Shown in pieces: positions 8,864 to 23,800 of a stretch of DNA of 64,000 nt. This DNA comes from a virus. The position numbers and the translations under genes are program-made. Location of the stretch: IMG/VR virus record IMGVR_UViG_3300008259_000147, positions 1 to 64,000 of that record, one strand, 5' to 3'. Numbering within the stretch: position 1 is the first letter of the stretch; every line of letters starts with the position of its first letter. Below the pieces are notes generated by a model, which made no database searches, was not told the DNA's origin, and saw only the letters and a list, made by a program, of their open reading frames with translations.

Positions 8864-11800
8864 TTAACAGAATGGGTCATTATCTTCTGACAATTGTTCA
8901 CTTTGTGTTTGTTTATTAGCAGCTTCTAAAGCATATAACAAAGGAGTGCTATAGTTGTAGTTAGACAAATCTACTAAATATCCACCTTCTCCACCTCTAA
9001 TTCCTGGAATAATTGGTTGCCAAACAAGCTTTATACCTGGAATTCTAGTCATAGCATTATATATAGCACCTGTTTCAATAGGTCTATCATTTGATATATT
9101 AAATATTTGATTTATAACCCTATTTGCAGCATGCTTATCTGTTTTTCTAAAAGCTGCTAAAGCCTTAATTCCTTTTTCAATTTCAGATTGTGGTACTTTG
9201 TCTTCACCTATTTTAACAATATATCTTGGAATTAAATCAAGTTCTAAAGCAGCTTCATATTTAATGTAATCAGCTTCTTCTTTTGTAAAAGCTACTTCAT
9301 CTTTTCCTGCATATATCAGAGCTGTACTTTTACTTCCTTGAGTAAGATTAGTAATGTTATAACCACTGAAATACATAGGCATAGCTTTACCATGATTCTT
9401 TATATGTTTTTGTATGGTATAGTGAACTAAAGGAGCAAAATATTTAAGTTCTAACTCAATTGTATCAGCTATAACTTCATCTTCTGGAAATGATTGATTT
9501 CTAAGTTTTTCAGTTTCCTCTTTTATTGCTTCATATTTTTTAAGTAACTCTTCTTTTGCAAATCCTTTTTCATTTTCACTTAATGTAGGAGTTTTAGATT
9601 GTAACTCTACTTCTCTCAATGCAACATTAGTTTCTAATAATCTTTGATTATATTGCATATTTTCAAATATTTTAACAAGTTGCTCTTGAGAAATATTTTG
9701 AAATGGTGTAAGAGAATTGAATTTAGTTAAAACTTTTTGAGAAGATATAAGTGATTTTTTTTCTAGAAATGCACTTTTAGCTTGATTTTCTAAAGATCTA
9801 TTTAGTGCATTAGCCAACAGTACTTTCATGTTTGTTTGTACTTTAGTACCTTCTGTTCTAGGTTTAATTCCTGCACGAACAAATCCAGCAATACTCCTAG
9901 CGTCTGTAGCTAGATCTACACCATATTTAGAACCAACTAGCTCTTTAATTAAATCATTTAATCTAGAGTTAAGAATAATTGAATCTGCCTCATCTTTAGG
10001 AATAACTACATCATCAATTCCCATATCTAACAATTGATCAGCATTATATGGTCTTTTATTTATTTGTTCTAACTGAAAAGTTAAGTCTATAAGCAATTGT
10101 CTACCCTCCTCACTTTCGTTTAATAATGCAAAAAAACCACCTTTATTTTTTATATCATTTAATATCAATTTTCTAGTATAGTAGTTATCTAATTTTTTTC
10201 TAATTTGAATCATATCGTATAAAATATCTTCAATACGAGGTAAAAGATTAATTTGCTCATCAATTTTTTCTAAGAAAATTTCATGTTTACGCTTGCTTGG
10301 AAGTCTATCTTGCGAATATAAATCATAAAGAATTGTATTAAGTGTTGTCGCATTTCCTAATAAAGCTTTTTTTCTTATATCTTCTACAAAAGGGTTAACA
10401 CTCACTTCTTTTAGTTTTCCTGATTCTATACGTTTAATCCTATCATCTGTATTTTTTGCTAAATCTTTTAGATAGTCATTTATCGCATCTTGTAAACCTT
10501 TTTTAGTATTTTTTTGTAGTTTTAATAATTCTTCAATATTATCATTTTGTATTTCATGTAATAATACAGCATCTTTAAATTTAGAATTACCTGTATAAAA
10601 ATATGTAAGATTGGCCCAAGCAGAAGGAGATAGATGAAAATGTGATCCTTGTCCATAACTTGTATGAAATGTATCATTAAATCTTAGTGATATTTTATTA
10701 TGCTTGACAGAACCCGTACCTCCATTAACTCCTAATATTCTAGCAACTCTCATTCTTTCTTGAGGAGGTAATGCCATTATCTGGTCCTCAGTCATATTAT
10801 TTACATCATACCCTATTTCTTCTAGTTCTTCCTGAATATCATCAGCTGGATCATAAGAATTTTTATTTCTAGGATTAATTGAAAATGTTTGATCAATTCT
10901 ATAATCTAAATAATTTTGTTCATTTGCAAAACCCAATGCATAATTAAATTCTAAGAAGTTATGAATTTCATTAACTAACTCTTCTGCTGTTATTGATCTT
11001 TTATTTGGATTTTCTTTTGCTATTGCATTTTTTATAGCTTCAATCATAGCAGACTCTTCTTTCTTAAGACCATCTACTTTAAGAGTTTCTGTTAAAGAAA
11101 TAGGAATACCTTTTATTTTGTTTTCCAATCTTGTTAACTCAGCATCATATTGTTCATTAGAAATTTCTTTTTTTAAATTTTTTTTAACTAATTCCACTTT
11201 TTGATCTATAGTTTCAGGAGAATCTTTTCTACCATACTTTTCAAGTATTAATGGTAATACTTTAAGAGTTGGTGTAATTTTTTCATAGCCGTTATTAGAG
11301 ATTAAGTTTTTTAATTGACTATCTGTTAATTTTTTTGTAAGTGCTGGCACAGCACTTTTTTTATAATCAAAACTCTCAATTAAATCCTCATCTAGTTTTA
11401 TTTCATCAATAGTTAAAAAACTATCAATTGTTTTTGATAAGTATCTAGTTCTTTTTTTATACCTATCATTTATTAACTTATCTATAAATTTTCTATCATC
11501 TTTTACTTCTTCTAGTTTTCTACTATGATTATCAACCATTTCTGGAAAAGTAGTTAATAACCAATTAAGCAGCTCACCTCCAAAATCAAAAGCAGTAGTT
11601 TCAATATAGTGCTCTCTCCAACTTTCCGCCATAGCTTTTTCAATCAACCCTTCTATTGCTTTTCTAGTTAGTCTACCTCTATTCCTCTCAAAATAATCTC
11701 CACCCGCTTGACTATACATACTAACATTAGGAAAAATATTATAAAGCTGTTCATCATCAAATCTTCTCAAAGCAGATTCTAATAATTTTTTACTATTTCT

Positions 11801-14800
11801 AACATTGAAACTAAAAACCACCTCATCTATATCAGTAATTTTATTTGCAAGAGTACCATATTGCTTAAGATCATCAAATTTTATATCTTCAAACGATGCT
11901 TCTGTTATTTTATCTGCAAAATAAATATAGTCATGTATTTTTGCATACTCCTTCATGGTCATTAAATCTGACATATCTGAAGTTAAAATTTTCATTGCAG
12001 CCACTTCAAATGGATCTTGCGTACTAGCAAAATATCCTGTAAAAGTTTTTAAAACTTTATTAATCCACTCAACAAATGCTTTAAGGAAAGAATAATCTTC
12101 AGGAGCTCCATTTTTTTCTTCTATTTTTTTAATTGCTTCTCCAATTAATTGACCAATAGATTCTTCAGTAAGAGCATCAATAATTGATGCATTATCAGAC
12201 ATTACAGACTCATACTCTTCTCCATATTGATTTTTCAATAGTACTTCTAATCTTTCACCTGTTTTTGCAGATTTCCACAACAAATCTTTTAATGGAGAAT
12301 TTGTCTTTAATAATCTATACCACCAGTGAGCTGCCTCCTCTGGCATCTTATTCCATGCGGCAGGTCTTTTATTAATGTCATCAATAATATCTACAGTACC
12401 TTTTACAAAGTTAGCAGCTGCCAATGCACCTTGGACAACAGAACCATCTTGTCTTAAAAACTCAGGAACTAATCTTTGTTGCACTCCTACAGTTTCTAAG
12501 AATTGAGAAACTGTATTTAAAGTGTTTATGTGAAACTCTATTGTATTATCGTTTTCACTATCTAATCCGAATAACTTTTCTTCTGAAGATCCAGGATCTT
12601 CTTTTCTAACCTCACCACTAATTGTTTCTGGTGCATAAGGTATTAACCAATACTCGCTAATTGATTTAGAGTTTAACCAAGTATTGAATGTAGTATCCTT
12701 AGTTGCTTCTTCATAAGAACTAAATCCTAATTTATTTGCAAACTCATTTAATTGTTGTTCATTCATAGACTTACCTTCCATGAATGCTTTACCATTTCTA
12801 GCAGAGTATCTTACACCTACAGAACTTATATTTAAGATTTGATTACCAGAAACATATCTAGCACCAGATATTTGAGTAAGTAGAGTTTTAGAATCTACTC
12901 TTAAGTTTGTAGTTCCTTGAACTACTTTAACATCACTAGGTAATGATTGAACAATATTTGAACTAGGTGCATTTACATTTGATGTACTATCTACAAGCTT
13001 TTTAATTTCTGTAGCAACATCATTTCTAAATGCATTAGGTGATATTCTATCAGCACCTTGTCTATCTACCACTACATACTTTGCTGTAGTACCTCTTAAT
13101 AAGAATTGGAATTCATCTGTACTCTTATATGAATCAAATAGATTTGCAAAGAACTCAGTTGTAAAAGGTTTACCATCTAATTCTGTAAGTAGGAATACTT
13201 GGTCCCCATTAAAGTTGTTTATCTGATATAATGGGAAAGAGTAATTACCATCTCTAGTTTGATAGATACCCTGAGGTAATAATAATCTATTTACCACATC
13301 TCTGTTTGTATCTGTGATGCCAGATAGGTCAAACATCAATTCATTATTACTATCTGCTTTCCAAAGTTCAAATCTTGTATTACTTCCCTTAAGACCTCTT
13401 TTAGTATTTATCCCAGCATTTACAGGAAGTATTTTTCTAATACCTTTTGGATTAGTTCTTACAGTGTAAATAAAGTCTTTGTTTTTTGGTAGAATGGTAT
13501 CTACAATACTCTTAAGTAATGTTAAAGAAATATCAGAATATTTACCTGGCAAGTACTTATCACTACCTGGATAAAAACTTAATCTAAGTGCTCCATTACC
13601 AATAGATTGTTTAGTTAATGTTGAAACAAGTTTTCTTAGAATAGAGTTTGTATAAGTAGCAGCTGTGTCTTTAGATATAGAAGGTAATGAATATATCTCT
13701 TTAAACACATCATTTAAGCCTTTTATGTATTTAGCAGATGTCATACCTTTTTGAGTATCCAACTTATACAACTTGTCTTGGATTATATCCAATCTCTTAC
13801 TCATGTGAATGAATAAATCAGGTGCAATTATCTTTAAGAATCCTTCATTTCTAGATATACCACCATCTTTTACAATACCATGAACAGCAACATTTACTGC
13901 CATTTTATAAACAGACTCATCAGAATCAGTTAGTAATTGATAGAAATCATTAATAACTCTATTTTGATTTTCTGATGATAATTTACCACCTAGTAATGAT
14001 GTAATTACTTTTGTCTTTCCTTTACCTGAAACTAATGCAGGCTTTATTGTCAAAGACTTTAGAAATTCATTCTTAGGAAACTTGCGCTTTAAAATATTTA
14101 AATCCTTTTCAATTTTATTATTTTGCCAATAAGAAATACTTGTGGCATCATGAATTGCTTTAACAAATACATCTTCTTGAGACATGTTGTTTTCATCAAT
14201 ATTGTCAATCCTTGATTGAACATATGCATTTAATGATGATAATCCAAGAATTGATTTCAACTCAAGAACTACATCTTCTATGTTTACTGATTTATCGTAT
14301 CTAAATAATGAAGTAAATGCTTTGAACAAATTAGTTTCATCTAACAACACTTCTTTTGATCTAGTTGACATTTCAGTAATACCATCCTTTGCAAGTTTTT
14401 CTAAGTAAGGATGTTGTTTAAAGATATCAGGTGCATTTTCAAAAATCTCATTGTTCTCTATAAAATCAACTGCATCTTTAATTCCAGATAATGTTCTAAA
14501 TGAAGGTCTTAATTTTTTAATTACATGAGCAAGCTTTCCAATCTTAAATGAAATAGCATTTCCAACTTTTAAAAACTCATTGTAAAATGACATTAATACA
14601 ATACTACCAAGCTCACCTGCAATAATTTCTCCTTTATTATTCTTAATAGTAATGTTAAAATTATCTAAAGTATTTCCTTCTACACCTGATTCAACATCAT
14701 TAAACTCTATCGTAATATTACTATGATCAATTTCAAATTTATTGATTTTGTTTTTAGATGGTTTTAATACTCCAAACTTTTCAAATGCTGTTTTATTAGC

Positions 14801-17800
14801 ATTTACTAATGATAGAGTTTTGTTATTTAAGAATACAGAGAATCCCATTCTAAATGAAATACTTCTAGAATAACTAGGGTCATCATTCAAGCTATATTCT
14901 TTAATGGCAGATGCAATTAAATCTACAGAGTTAATTAATCTAGCAAACTGAGAAGGATATCCATAAATGTATAACGCACCTACAACACCTGCATTAATTT
15001 TAGAAATTTTTAATGGTGCTAAACTTTGATGCTTAGCGTCATCTAATGAAACATCTGTTGCACCTCCCATCTTTTGAACAGACTCATCTATAGGCTTATT
15101 AGTTTCAATAGCCTTACCATTATGTACAAACTTAAATGTAAAAGCTTTTGAGAGTTTTACATTTGATGATCCAATTAAAGCTGCTGATTTTACTTGATTT
15201 GCATTAGCTGAAACTGAATCTAGTGTTCCATTATTAACAGATCTAATTCGACCTACTGTTTGAAACTGGTATGGATCAGATTTATCAATTCCTTTAAAAT
15301 CTGAAATAGAATCAACTATTTTTCTATCTGCTTTGTATTCATTAATTGCTTTTTCACCATCTGCATTTTTTATGTAAGTTTCATATACATCAGGGTTTCC
15401 TAATAACTCCATCTTCTCTAGTAAGATTTCATTATGCAATCTTGAGTGAACAGGATTACCTTCTTTTTTAGTAAATGCCTCAAGTGCATCAGGTGTAGAT
15501 GGTAGATTATAGTTGTTTATTACATTAACAACTGCAATCAATCTATCCATCAACTTAAGGATATTACCTAAACTCTTGTTAGATGATACAACATTAGCAC
15601 CCATTAACTGACCTAAAGACTCTAGGCCTGTTCCTTTCTTTTTGTTCTTATCATTTGTAGTTTGAATAGATAATGTTACACTCTTTCCTTTTGATAATTC
15701 TTTAAATACATCAGGAGATAATAAGTTTAACACATAGTCTTCAGTACCAGAAAAGAATTCGCGGACTTCATCTCCAAATAATCCAACAGCATTTGCTAAT
15801 GATCTAGTTTTAAATTCTTGATCAGAATTAATTCTGTCTTGCTCGCTATCTACAAGATCTGCAAAAACAGGATCAGTTGCCATGTAATGTAAATACTCAA
15901 GAAACTCAGCATTCTTTTTACTAAGTCCTAGTTTAGTATATCCACTATAGTCCCCATACTTAACTAACTTACCTAATGTATTTCTATAATAATCATATGT
16001 CTCTGCATACAATGCATCAATATCTAAGTCAGATCCAGCCCAGAAGTGAACTTGAGAAGGTACTATGATAGAGTTACCATAAGTAGCATCTATATAGTCA
16101 ACTACTTTAGCTCTAACCATAGATCTTTTATCAGCTGTTGGAATACGAGCTGCTAAGAAATCAGTGTAAAGTTTTTCAAAAAATTCTACTTCTTCTTTTG
16201 TAGAAGCTAATTCACGAGGAATAATTACTTCTACTACATAATCTATTAGCTTACCATTCTCATCATATGTTTCTTTTACAGTAGGGTATCTTCTTTTATA
16301 TCCTGCATATCGTTCAGGATTTGCATCTAATTCTTTTCTAGGAACAGGCTTATCATTTTCATCTACAATTAATTGATAACCTGCCACTGAAACATGGTAG
16401 AACTTTTTACCTGCTACTTTAGGACCAAATATTGAATTGTTAAATAAACTGAAAAAATAAAACATTGGTTGTTTACCTAAAATAGATAAATTCAAATTAA
16501 ATTTATTTTTATTGTTGGTATCCAGTGAGTAAAACTTTAATAAGTTTTCTCCAGCACCTTGTTTCATTAACCCAGCTTGAATTGCTTTAGTAACTAAAGT
16601 CTTAGGGTCATCAGTTTTAAATACTCTTTCTAATAACTGTAATCTTGATTTTACAATTTCTAATTGCAAATCAAGTATCTTTTTAGCACCTGGAAACTTC
16701 TTATGATCTAACTGAGCAGGTAATATCAGTTTCTTCTGAATACTATCTGTTGTTTTTTTAGAAATACCTGCAGTAGAAACTTGCTCATATACTAAATCAT
16801 TTGGTATAGCATGAGCATTATATTCTAAGTTAATGTAACCATCTTTATTAATTACAGGTTTAACACTATCATTAAATGTCATCTCACCATGCCCTTCTAG
16901 AATATTATTTTCTAATAGGTTCATGTTAATGATTAATGGTTGTACAGTTCCTTTTTTAGATACAGTGTCATCAAATGCTACATCTACTCTAAAGTATTCA
17001 AGAGCATTTAATAAGTGATGATTAAAAGCTCTACCTAATTTTGGTTTAAAATAGCTATGGATTTCTTTAATGATTTCTCTATGTCTAGCTAATGCATCAT
17101 CAGTGTATGTAGGATTGTCCATCTCTAATGCATCTAATTCCTCATATAATTCTGCAACACGATCTGGATCTGATACAAAGCTATTATCACTTCTATTAAT
17201 GTAATGCTCTGAATCTTTATAATAAAAGTAAGGGTGTCCCACGGCTGGTTTATCAGAACCTAAAAATATACCATTGTCATTAAGCTGTATAATTTCATCA
17301 GTACTTAATGTAGTGTATCTTAGCTTTTTAAGCATTGCTTCTAATTCAGGCGAAAGAATACCATCTTTTCTAAACTTTTTAATTCTTCTATCTATTCCAC
17401 TCCAACCTTGACCATCTGCTATTTTCATTTCTCTATCTCCACCCATTTCTTCATCAGTGGTAAGAGGTATTCCTGGATTATTAGAATCTAAAAATGCAGA
17501 AAGACCTTTGAATACTGCAAATACACTATTGTCATTGGCTTCTAGAATATTAATATTTCTATAGTTGTTACCTGCAATTACACCTGACTTTTGACGCTTA
17601 AAGAAGTTTATAACATTGTCAACACCAACAGCTAAATCCCCATCAAAAAGTTGGTTCATTTCTAAAGAGTTAAACCAAAAGTTATATCCAAAGTCTTCTA
17701 TAAAAAGATCTTTTAAAGGAGCTGTTTTATCTTGACTGTAATAAAATTTTTCTTCTATTTCTCCACTCTCTTTTCTTTCAACTACCTTATCATATTTAGC

Positions 17801-20800
17801 TAAAGAAGTGAATTCACCATTTACTCTAAATCCACTAGGAATATCATCTAATTGAATATCAATTGATTTAAAATATTGTGCAAGCTCTGCTATTTGATCT
17901 TCAGCATAGTCAAATAATAATTCAGATAAAACCTCATCTACTGTATAGTCATAAGGATTATTATTAGCATCATAATATGTTTGTGATAAGATGTCTTCAA
18001 ATGCTGTACCTGCAATTGCTGCATTTTTTAATATGCTATGGATATTACTTAAGCTGTCATTTTCTTCTCCAGCATAAGAAACTTCATAATCTCTTTCAAA
18101 AAATCCTTTTAATCTATTAAAGTTGTAAGCTCTTAATGTAAGATCTGATGATGTAACATTACGATCTTTAGTTGTTCTGCAATTATAATTTTCATATCTT
18201 ATTTTAACTGCATCTCTTGTAGACCACTCATTAGCAATTCTATTATACTCTTGTTTAATGATTTGTTTTAATTTACTCTTAACTTTTCTTGCACGAGTTT
18301 TCTTATTAGTATAATCATCATACAAACTAGTCATGTTAAACTGAGTACTAGTTGCTTCTAACTGAGTAATAGGTTTTTCAAACATGATAATCTCTTGACC
18401 ATAATTACCTGTTACAGAAAATCTATTAGCAAATAAACCTAATACACTTAATGCATACCCTTTATCACCTAAAGCTTTGTAAGTACTTTGTCTTCTATTG
18501 CCTTTACCAAACTCTTGGAACATCCCCCCAGCAACACTAATGTCAAAATTCTCAAAGAAGATACGAGCTGTATCTTGATCTATTGCAAATTGACTTTTAT
18601 CATTTGGATTAAATGTAGTATTATTTATTATGGCAGCTAATGTTGGATTGTCTTCAAAGAATTTAGTATCACCATAATACTTTAGTAAAGTAGCTGCTAG
18701 GCCTTTCCATCTAACTTCATTTAAAATTTGTACAGAAGGAACATAAGGAATAGATTGATTAATAGGTTTGTTATCCTGATTTAAAATAGTATTGCTGACT
18801 AATGAAGGATCATACTTGATAGCAAAAGGAACAATACTTTCATACTCAGACATAAAACTATTAACTGCACTAGTTTTAATAGCATCTGTTTTATTAAGAG
18901 AATTTAATATTGTGTTATACTTATCTATGAAATCCTGAATATTAAAATAATTTCCAGCATTTAAAAACTTTTTATTTTGAGCAAGTATAGGATCAACAAA
19001 AGTAGCTTTTTCTTTATAGTTCTCTTTAACAGAAGCAGCTACTGCAAACTCAATTACATTTCTAGGTATGTTTAGATTAGCATAAGATGTAATTGTATAT
19101 AACCTGTTTACAGTATAATCAAATGTTTCTTGATTAGTTGGTATAACATAATTATAGTTTTGAACTAAACTTTTAAGTTTTGCATATACTGGTAAATTAG
19201 ATTCTAATTTAAATGATTCAAGTCCAATTTCTAAATTAGTTCTAAGCTTATCTAATACTACTTTAGTGTTATATCGCTGTATTAAACTATTAACTCTAAA
19301 ACTATTTTTAACAGGAGACCTGTCAAAATTTTCTCTTTCATCTGTAGATACTTCTTCATAATTAGTATTTATACTAATAGCAGATATGTTTTTGTTTGCT
19401 CTATAAAACACATTAACAAACATGTTATAGAAAGGCATACCCAAAGATCTAGTTGGTAAAAAGTTATGCAATGATGCTTGTTCATCTAGTGTTTCATATA
19501 CAGCCTTTAGAGTGTTATAATCATCAATTGTTTGAATCATGTCTTCACGGATGTAGCCTAATTCACTAGCTAATCCTGATTCATTGAAGTTATCAATATT
19601 ACTTTTTAAATATTGGATATGAGTGTAGATAGCTTCAATTATATTCTCTTTTGGAGTATTATAAGTAATCTTTCTTATTTGATTAATTACATCACGGCTA
19701 TTTACCATTTTATCAAATGCCACTCCTAGTCTTTCATCAACAAAAGTATACTTGATATACTTGATTAACTTTTGAAATTCAATACTTCCCTCATATGGCT
19801 TATAAGTAAGAATACCTCCATCCTCAAAATTCTCTCCCATTTCATCCTCATCACTCCTATCAAAATATGAATCATCTTCATTTTCATCAGACTCATCTCT
19901 TTCTGTTTGATCTTCTTCAGATGTTTTATCTTTAATAACTCCTACACTTCCAAATGATTTTTGCACTAGCTGTTTAACTTCTTCATATGTCTTATATGAA
20001 AAAGCATTAGAGCCATCTATATCTAAGAATGAATAACCATTAAGATCTAAATCATCAGTTAGGTTGTCTAATATAAAGTCTTCATTAACATCTGTTCTAT
20101 GTGCAGCTCCCATCATGAATCTCATGTTTCTAAACATGGGCTCATATGTAGCAATTATTTCAGCAGAGTTTGGATTATCATCTGTAATAAAGTTGTTGAT
20201 GTTAAAATAGTTGATTAAATCTCTAGTTATTTCATCATATACTTGATTAAAACTTTCCTGATTTCCTTTGACAATGTCACCAGATCTTTTAAGCATCTCT
20301 CTAGTAATTCTGTCAACTAACTGATCTGTAGTATAGTTGTCAACTTGCTTATAATCCATTTGAACATTGTCCCCAACTTTGATAAGCGAAGTAGGGATAC
20401 TAGATAACGCATAAGCCCTAGGTGCAGCATACTTATCACCAATTACATCAGCATATTCTCCTTTATCAATCTTACCATATAAGTCATTAATTGAATTTTT
20501 AGCATCTCTGTATCCACGGCTCTTAAATAAATTAATAAAACCATCTAATAAAGAATAAAGCATTTTAATTAATGCATTCTTAGGTTCTGACTTATTTAAT
20601 TTATAATCTCTAAATCCATCTGCTAAATATTCTTCATAGATATAATCTACAATGATGTTATCTTCAACTCCTGCAAAATTTCTTTTCTTTCTAAATTCAT
20701 CCAAGTATACTTTTTCAGAACCAACTTGAAGATACTTACCAATAGAATCTGTTTTATAACTACCTAAGATAGTTTTAGCTGCTTCTAAGTATCTAAGTCT

Positions 20801-23800
20801 TTCTTCAGTTGTCAATGCTAATCTGAATACAGCATGAAATGCTTCATGATATATAACTCCACTTATAGGAAGAAGTTTGTTTAATGTGATTACATTATCT
20901 TCAATATAACCTAAAACAAAAGCAGACTCAACTTTATCAGCAATTATAGTAGGATCAATCTTAACAGATGATCCTAACATTCTTTTTACATCATCAATTT
21001 GTTTTTGAATTTCTTTACTTGCAACAAATGATAAACCATTTAAAGAAGTAACTAAACTATTAGCTCTATCAGATCTATCAGGTCTAATGCCTATCTTTCT
21101 AATAGAAGCTGGTTTTTTTTCTTCAGTCTTAACAGGAGTAGCTACTGTAGTTGTTTTAACTGTTGCAGCAGTTCCTAATGAAGGTTTTGCTGGTGTAATA
21201 ATAAGCTCTCTTAAACTATTCTCTAAGTTATGCTCAAACACTTTATAGTTTAATAAAGGATTTGTAGATTTTTGTCTAGATGCTAATTTAAATTCTAAAG
21301 TATTAAGATTTCTAAATAACAAATACTTAATGTCCTTAGGATTTACTAAAGTTTTATTTTCTGGGTTTTTATCAGCCTTCTTAGATTCTTTTTCTATAAG
21401 GTTGTTTAAACTTGTATTTAGATTACTAATAGTGTTTTTAAATTCATTTTCAATCTCTGCTAGTACTTTCTTAGCAGTAGGAGTTAACAAATGTTTATTG
21501 TCTTCTATTTTAGCCTGAAGAATGTTTCCAAATCTCAACATGTTTTCTACAGAAGAAGAATATTCTTTAGGATTAATATTCAACTCTCTGTAAAGAATGT
21601 TTAATTGCTTTTGTATATCATAGTAATCAAAACTAAATTCAATAGACAAATTAGCTTTGTTAAGATTTTCTGCATATGCATAATCACCCGATGCTCTAAA
21701 TCTAACACCAAACACAGGCTCATCATTCCAAATTCTTAAGAAATCAATATTTGCAGAAATACCTTTGTATGCATTAAAACCCCATCCTCTATTATTAAAA
21801 GTTCTAATCAACTGATTTAAAGCATCCGCAGTTTCTTCTGAAAACTCTGGCCTAAAAGTTTGCAATGCACCTAATGTAGATAAAAAGTTTACAACCTCTG
21901 ATACTTCTGTAACAGGAGCAGCTCTATACATTGGCTTTAGAATCCACTCATTATTCTTAGTCCTTAATAAATAAAAATCATTGTATTTAGAGTTAACTGT
22001 ATTCTTTAAAAGATCTGCAATTTTAGATTTAGATAAATTTTCCTTTTCAAATACTTTCTCATAAGAAAGTTCTTCATTGTTTTCATCAATGATTGTGTAT
22101 CCTTGTTCAATTGAAGGTTCAAAAATAAATCCTAGTAGTGCATCCTTTTTAACAATACCAATGATGTTTTCTTCTCTTATGCTACTAGGTATAGCTTTCC
22201 CAGCAGACATTTGAGCTATTCTTACTGGTACTAAAGAATTAGTTGCCACTAAGTTTTCTTTAAACTTATCTAAAGTCTGAACAGGTTTGTATAAACCATT
22301 TTGTTCTTTTACAAAATCTGTAGAAGAAAATACATTAGATATGTCAAAGTATTTAGAAAACATTTGATGAGGAATTTGTAAAACAGTATCTTCATCCATC
22401 ATTTCTAAGATTTCAGATTTCATTTCTTTTATCTTAGCTACAATGTTTTTTATATTTTCTATTTCTGCATCTGTAGGCATTTCATAAGTATATGCTTGAG
22501 CAGGGTTTTCATCAGGACCTTTTTGTACGTATTCTTCATATTTTTTAATACGTGTTGCTTCTTTGAAAATCTTTAAATCTTCATTGTTTGTCCAATCAAT
22601 AAATCTAATTGTGCCATCAGGATAAACAAATCCTAAAGTATCTAATGACATTAGGTAATCCCAGTTCTGATCATCCTTAGAAGATATGATTATATCTAAA
22701 CCAGCTCTTGGCATTAGGTTAGTTACAACAGGAGCTGCATTAGGGTTTGAAGCTAAGTAACTAAATTGAGTAGGTGTTAATCCAGTTTCAAAATCAATAG
22801 GATAACCTTGCTCATTTAATAAAGCAACTCTAGCTCTATTTGCTAAAATTCTTCTTCTATCAGCAATGATTTTAATTTGATTTGCTAGACCTACACCTAA
22901 TGATAAACTATCTGATATTTTTTGATTACCTGTTCTATTATCTGAAGGAGTTTCTGATTGGATGCCTTGTTCATAAATTCTAACATCTTCAAACCCAACT
23001 CCATTTTTAGCAAGGTTTGCATTCAATCTATATTGACTTCCTGAAGAGTTTGTAATTTCTAAATTATCTTGACCATACACAGGAGTAATATAATCAGTTG
23101 GCTCTACAGTGTATAATGTTAATTCACTTTCATTTTCTCCAGTATACTCAGGGCTATAAACAAAGTATTGATCATTCTTGAATACAAGAAGTTTTATCTG
23201 ACCATCTTTCTTTCTAACATATTGCATTTCTCCAAGTGAAGGAATGGCTCTAACATTAATTAGTTTTGATGCACTTTCTTCTATTTCAGATAACTCAGCT
23301 TTCTTCTGATCAATTAATGCTCTTAATGAAGTAGCAGAAGTATTCTTTACTTTAGATATAGCTTCTAAAAACTTATTGTATGCATTAATCTTAGCAGAGT
23401 TATCATACAATGCATCTTTATTTATAACATCTTCAAACTCTGCAAACAAATCATTTAATGTAGCATCAGATGCTTTTGTAAGCTTTGTAAAAATGTTATT
23501 TAATTTCTGAGCAGTTGTTAAAGGTTTTTTTGTTTCTTCTTTCTTAGCTGTAGTACCTGTACCTAAAAATCCTCTCTCTTGCCACAATCTGTCATCTCTT
23601 TCTTGTTCTCTTAAGTCTTCTAGTCTTTCTCTTTTAGGACCAGCTGCAGAAAGATCTGTCAATGCTGCTTCTTTAAGTTCATTATTTACTTTTGATATTT
23701 CGCCTGCTGTAGTAAGTTTTTCTCCTTTTACTTCAGGCTTACCTTCTGCAGCTAGTTCTGAAAAATATTTATTGGTAAAAATAACTTTAGATTGATCTAT

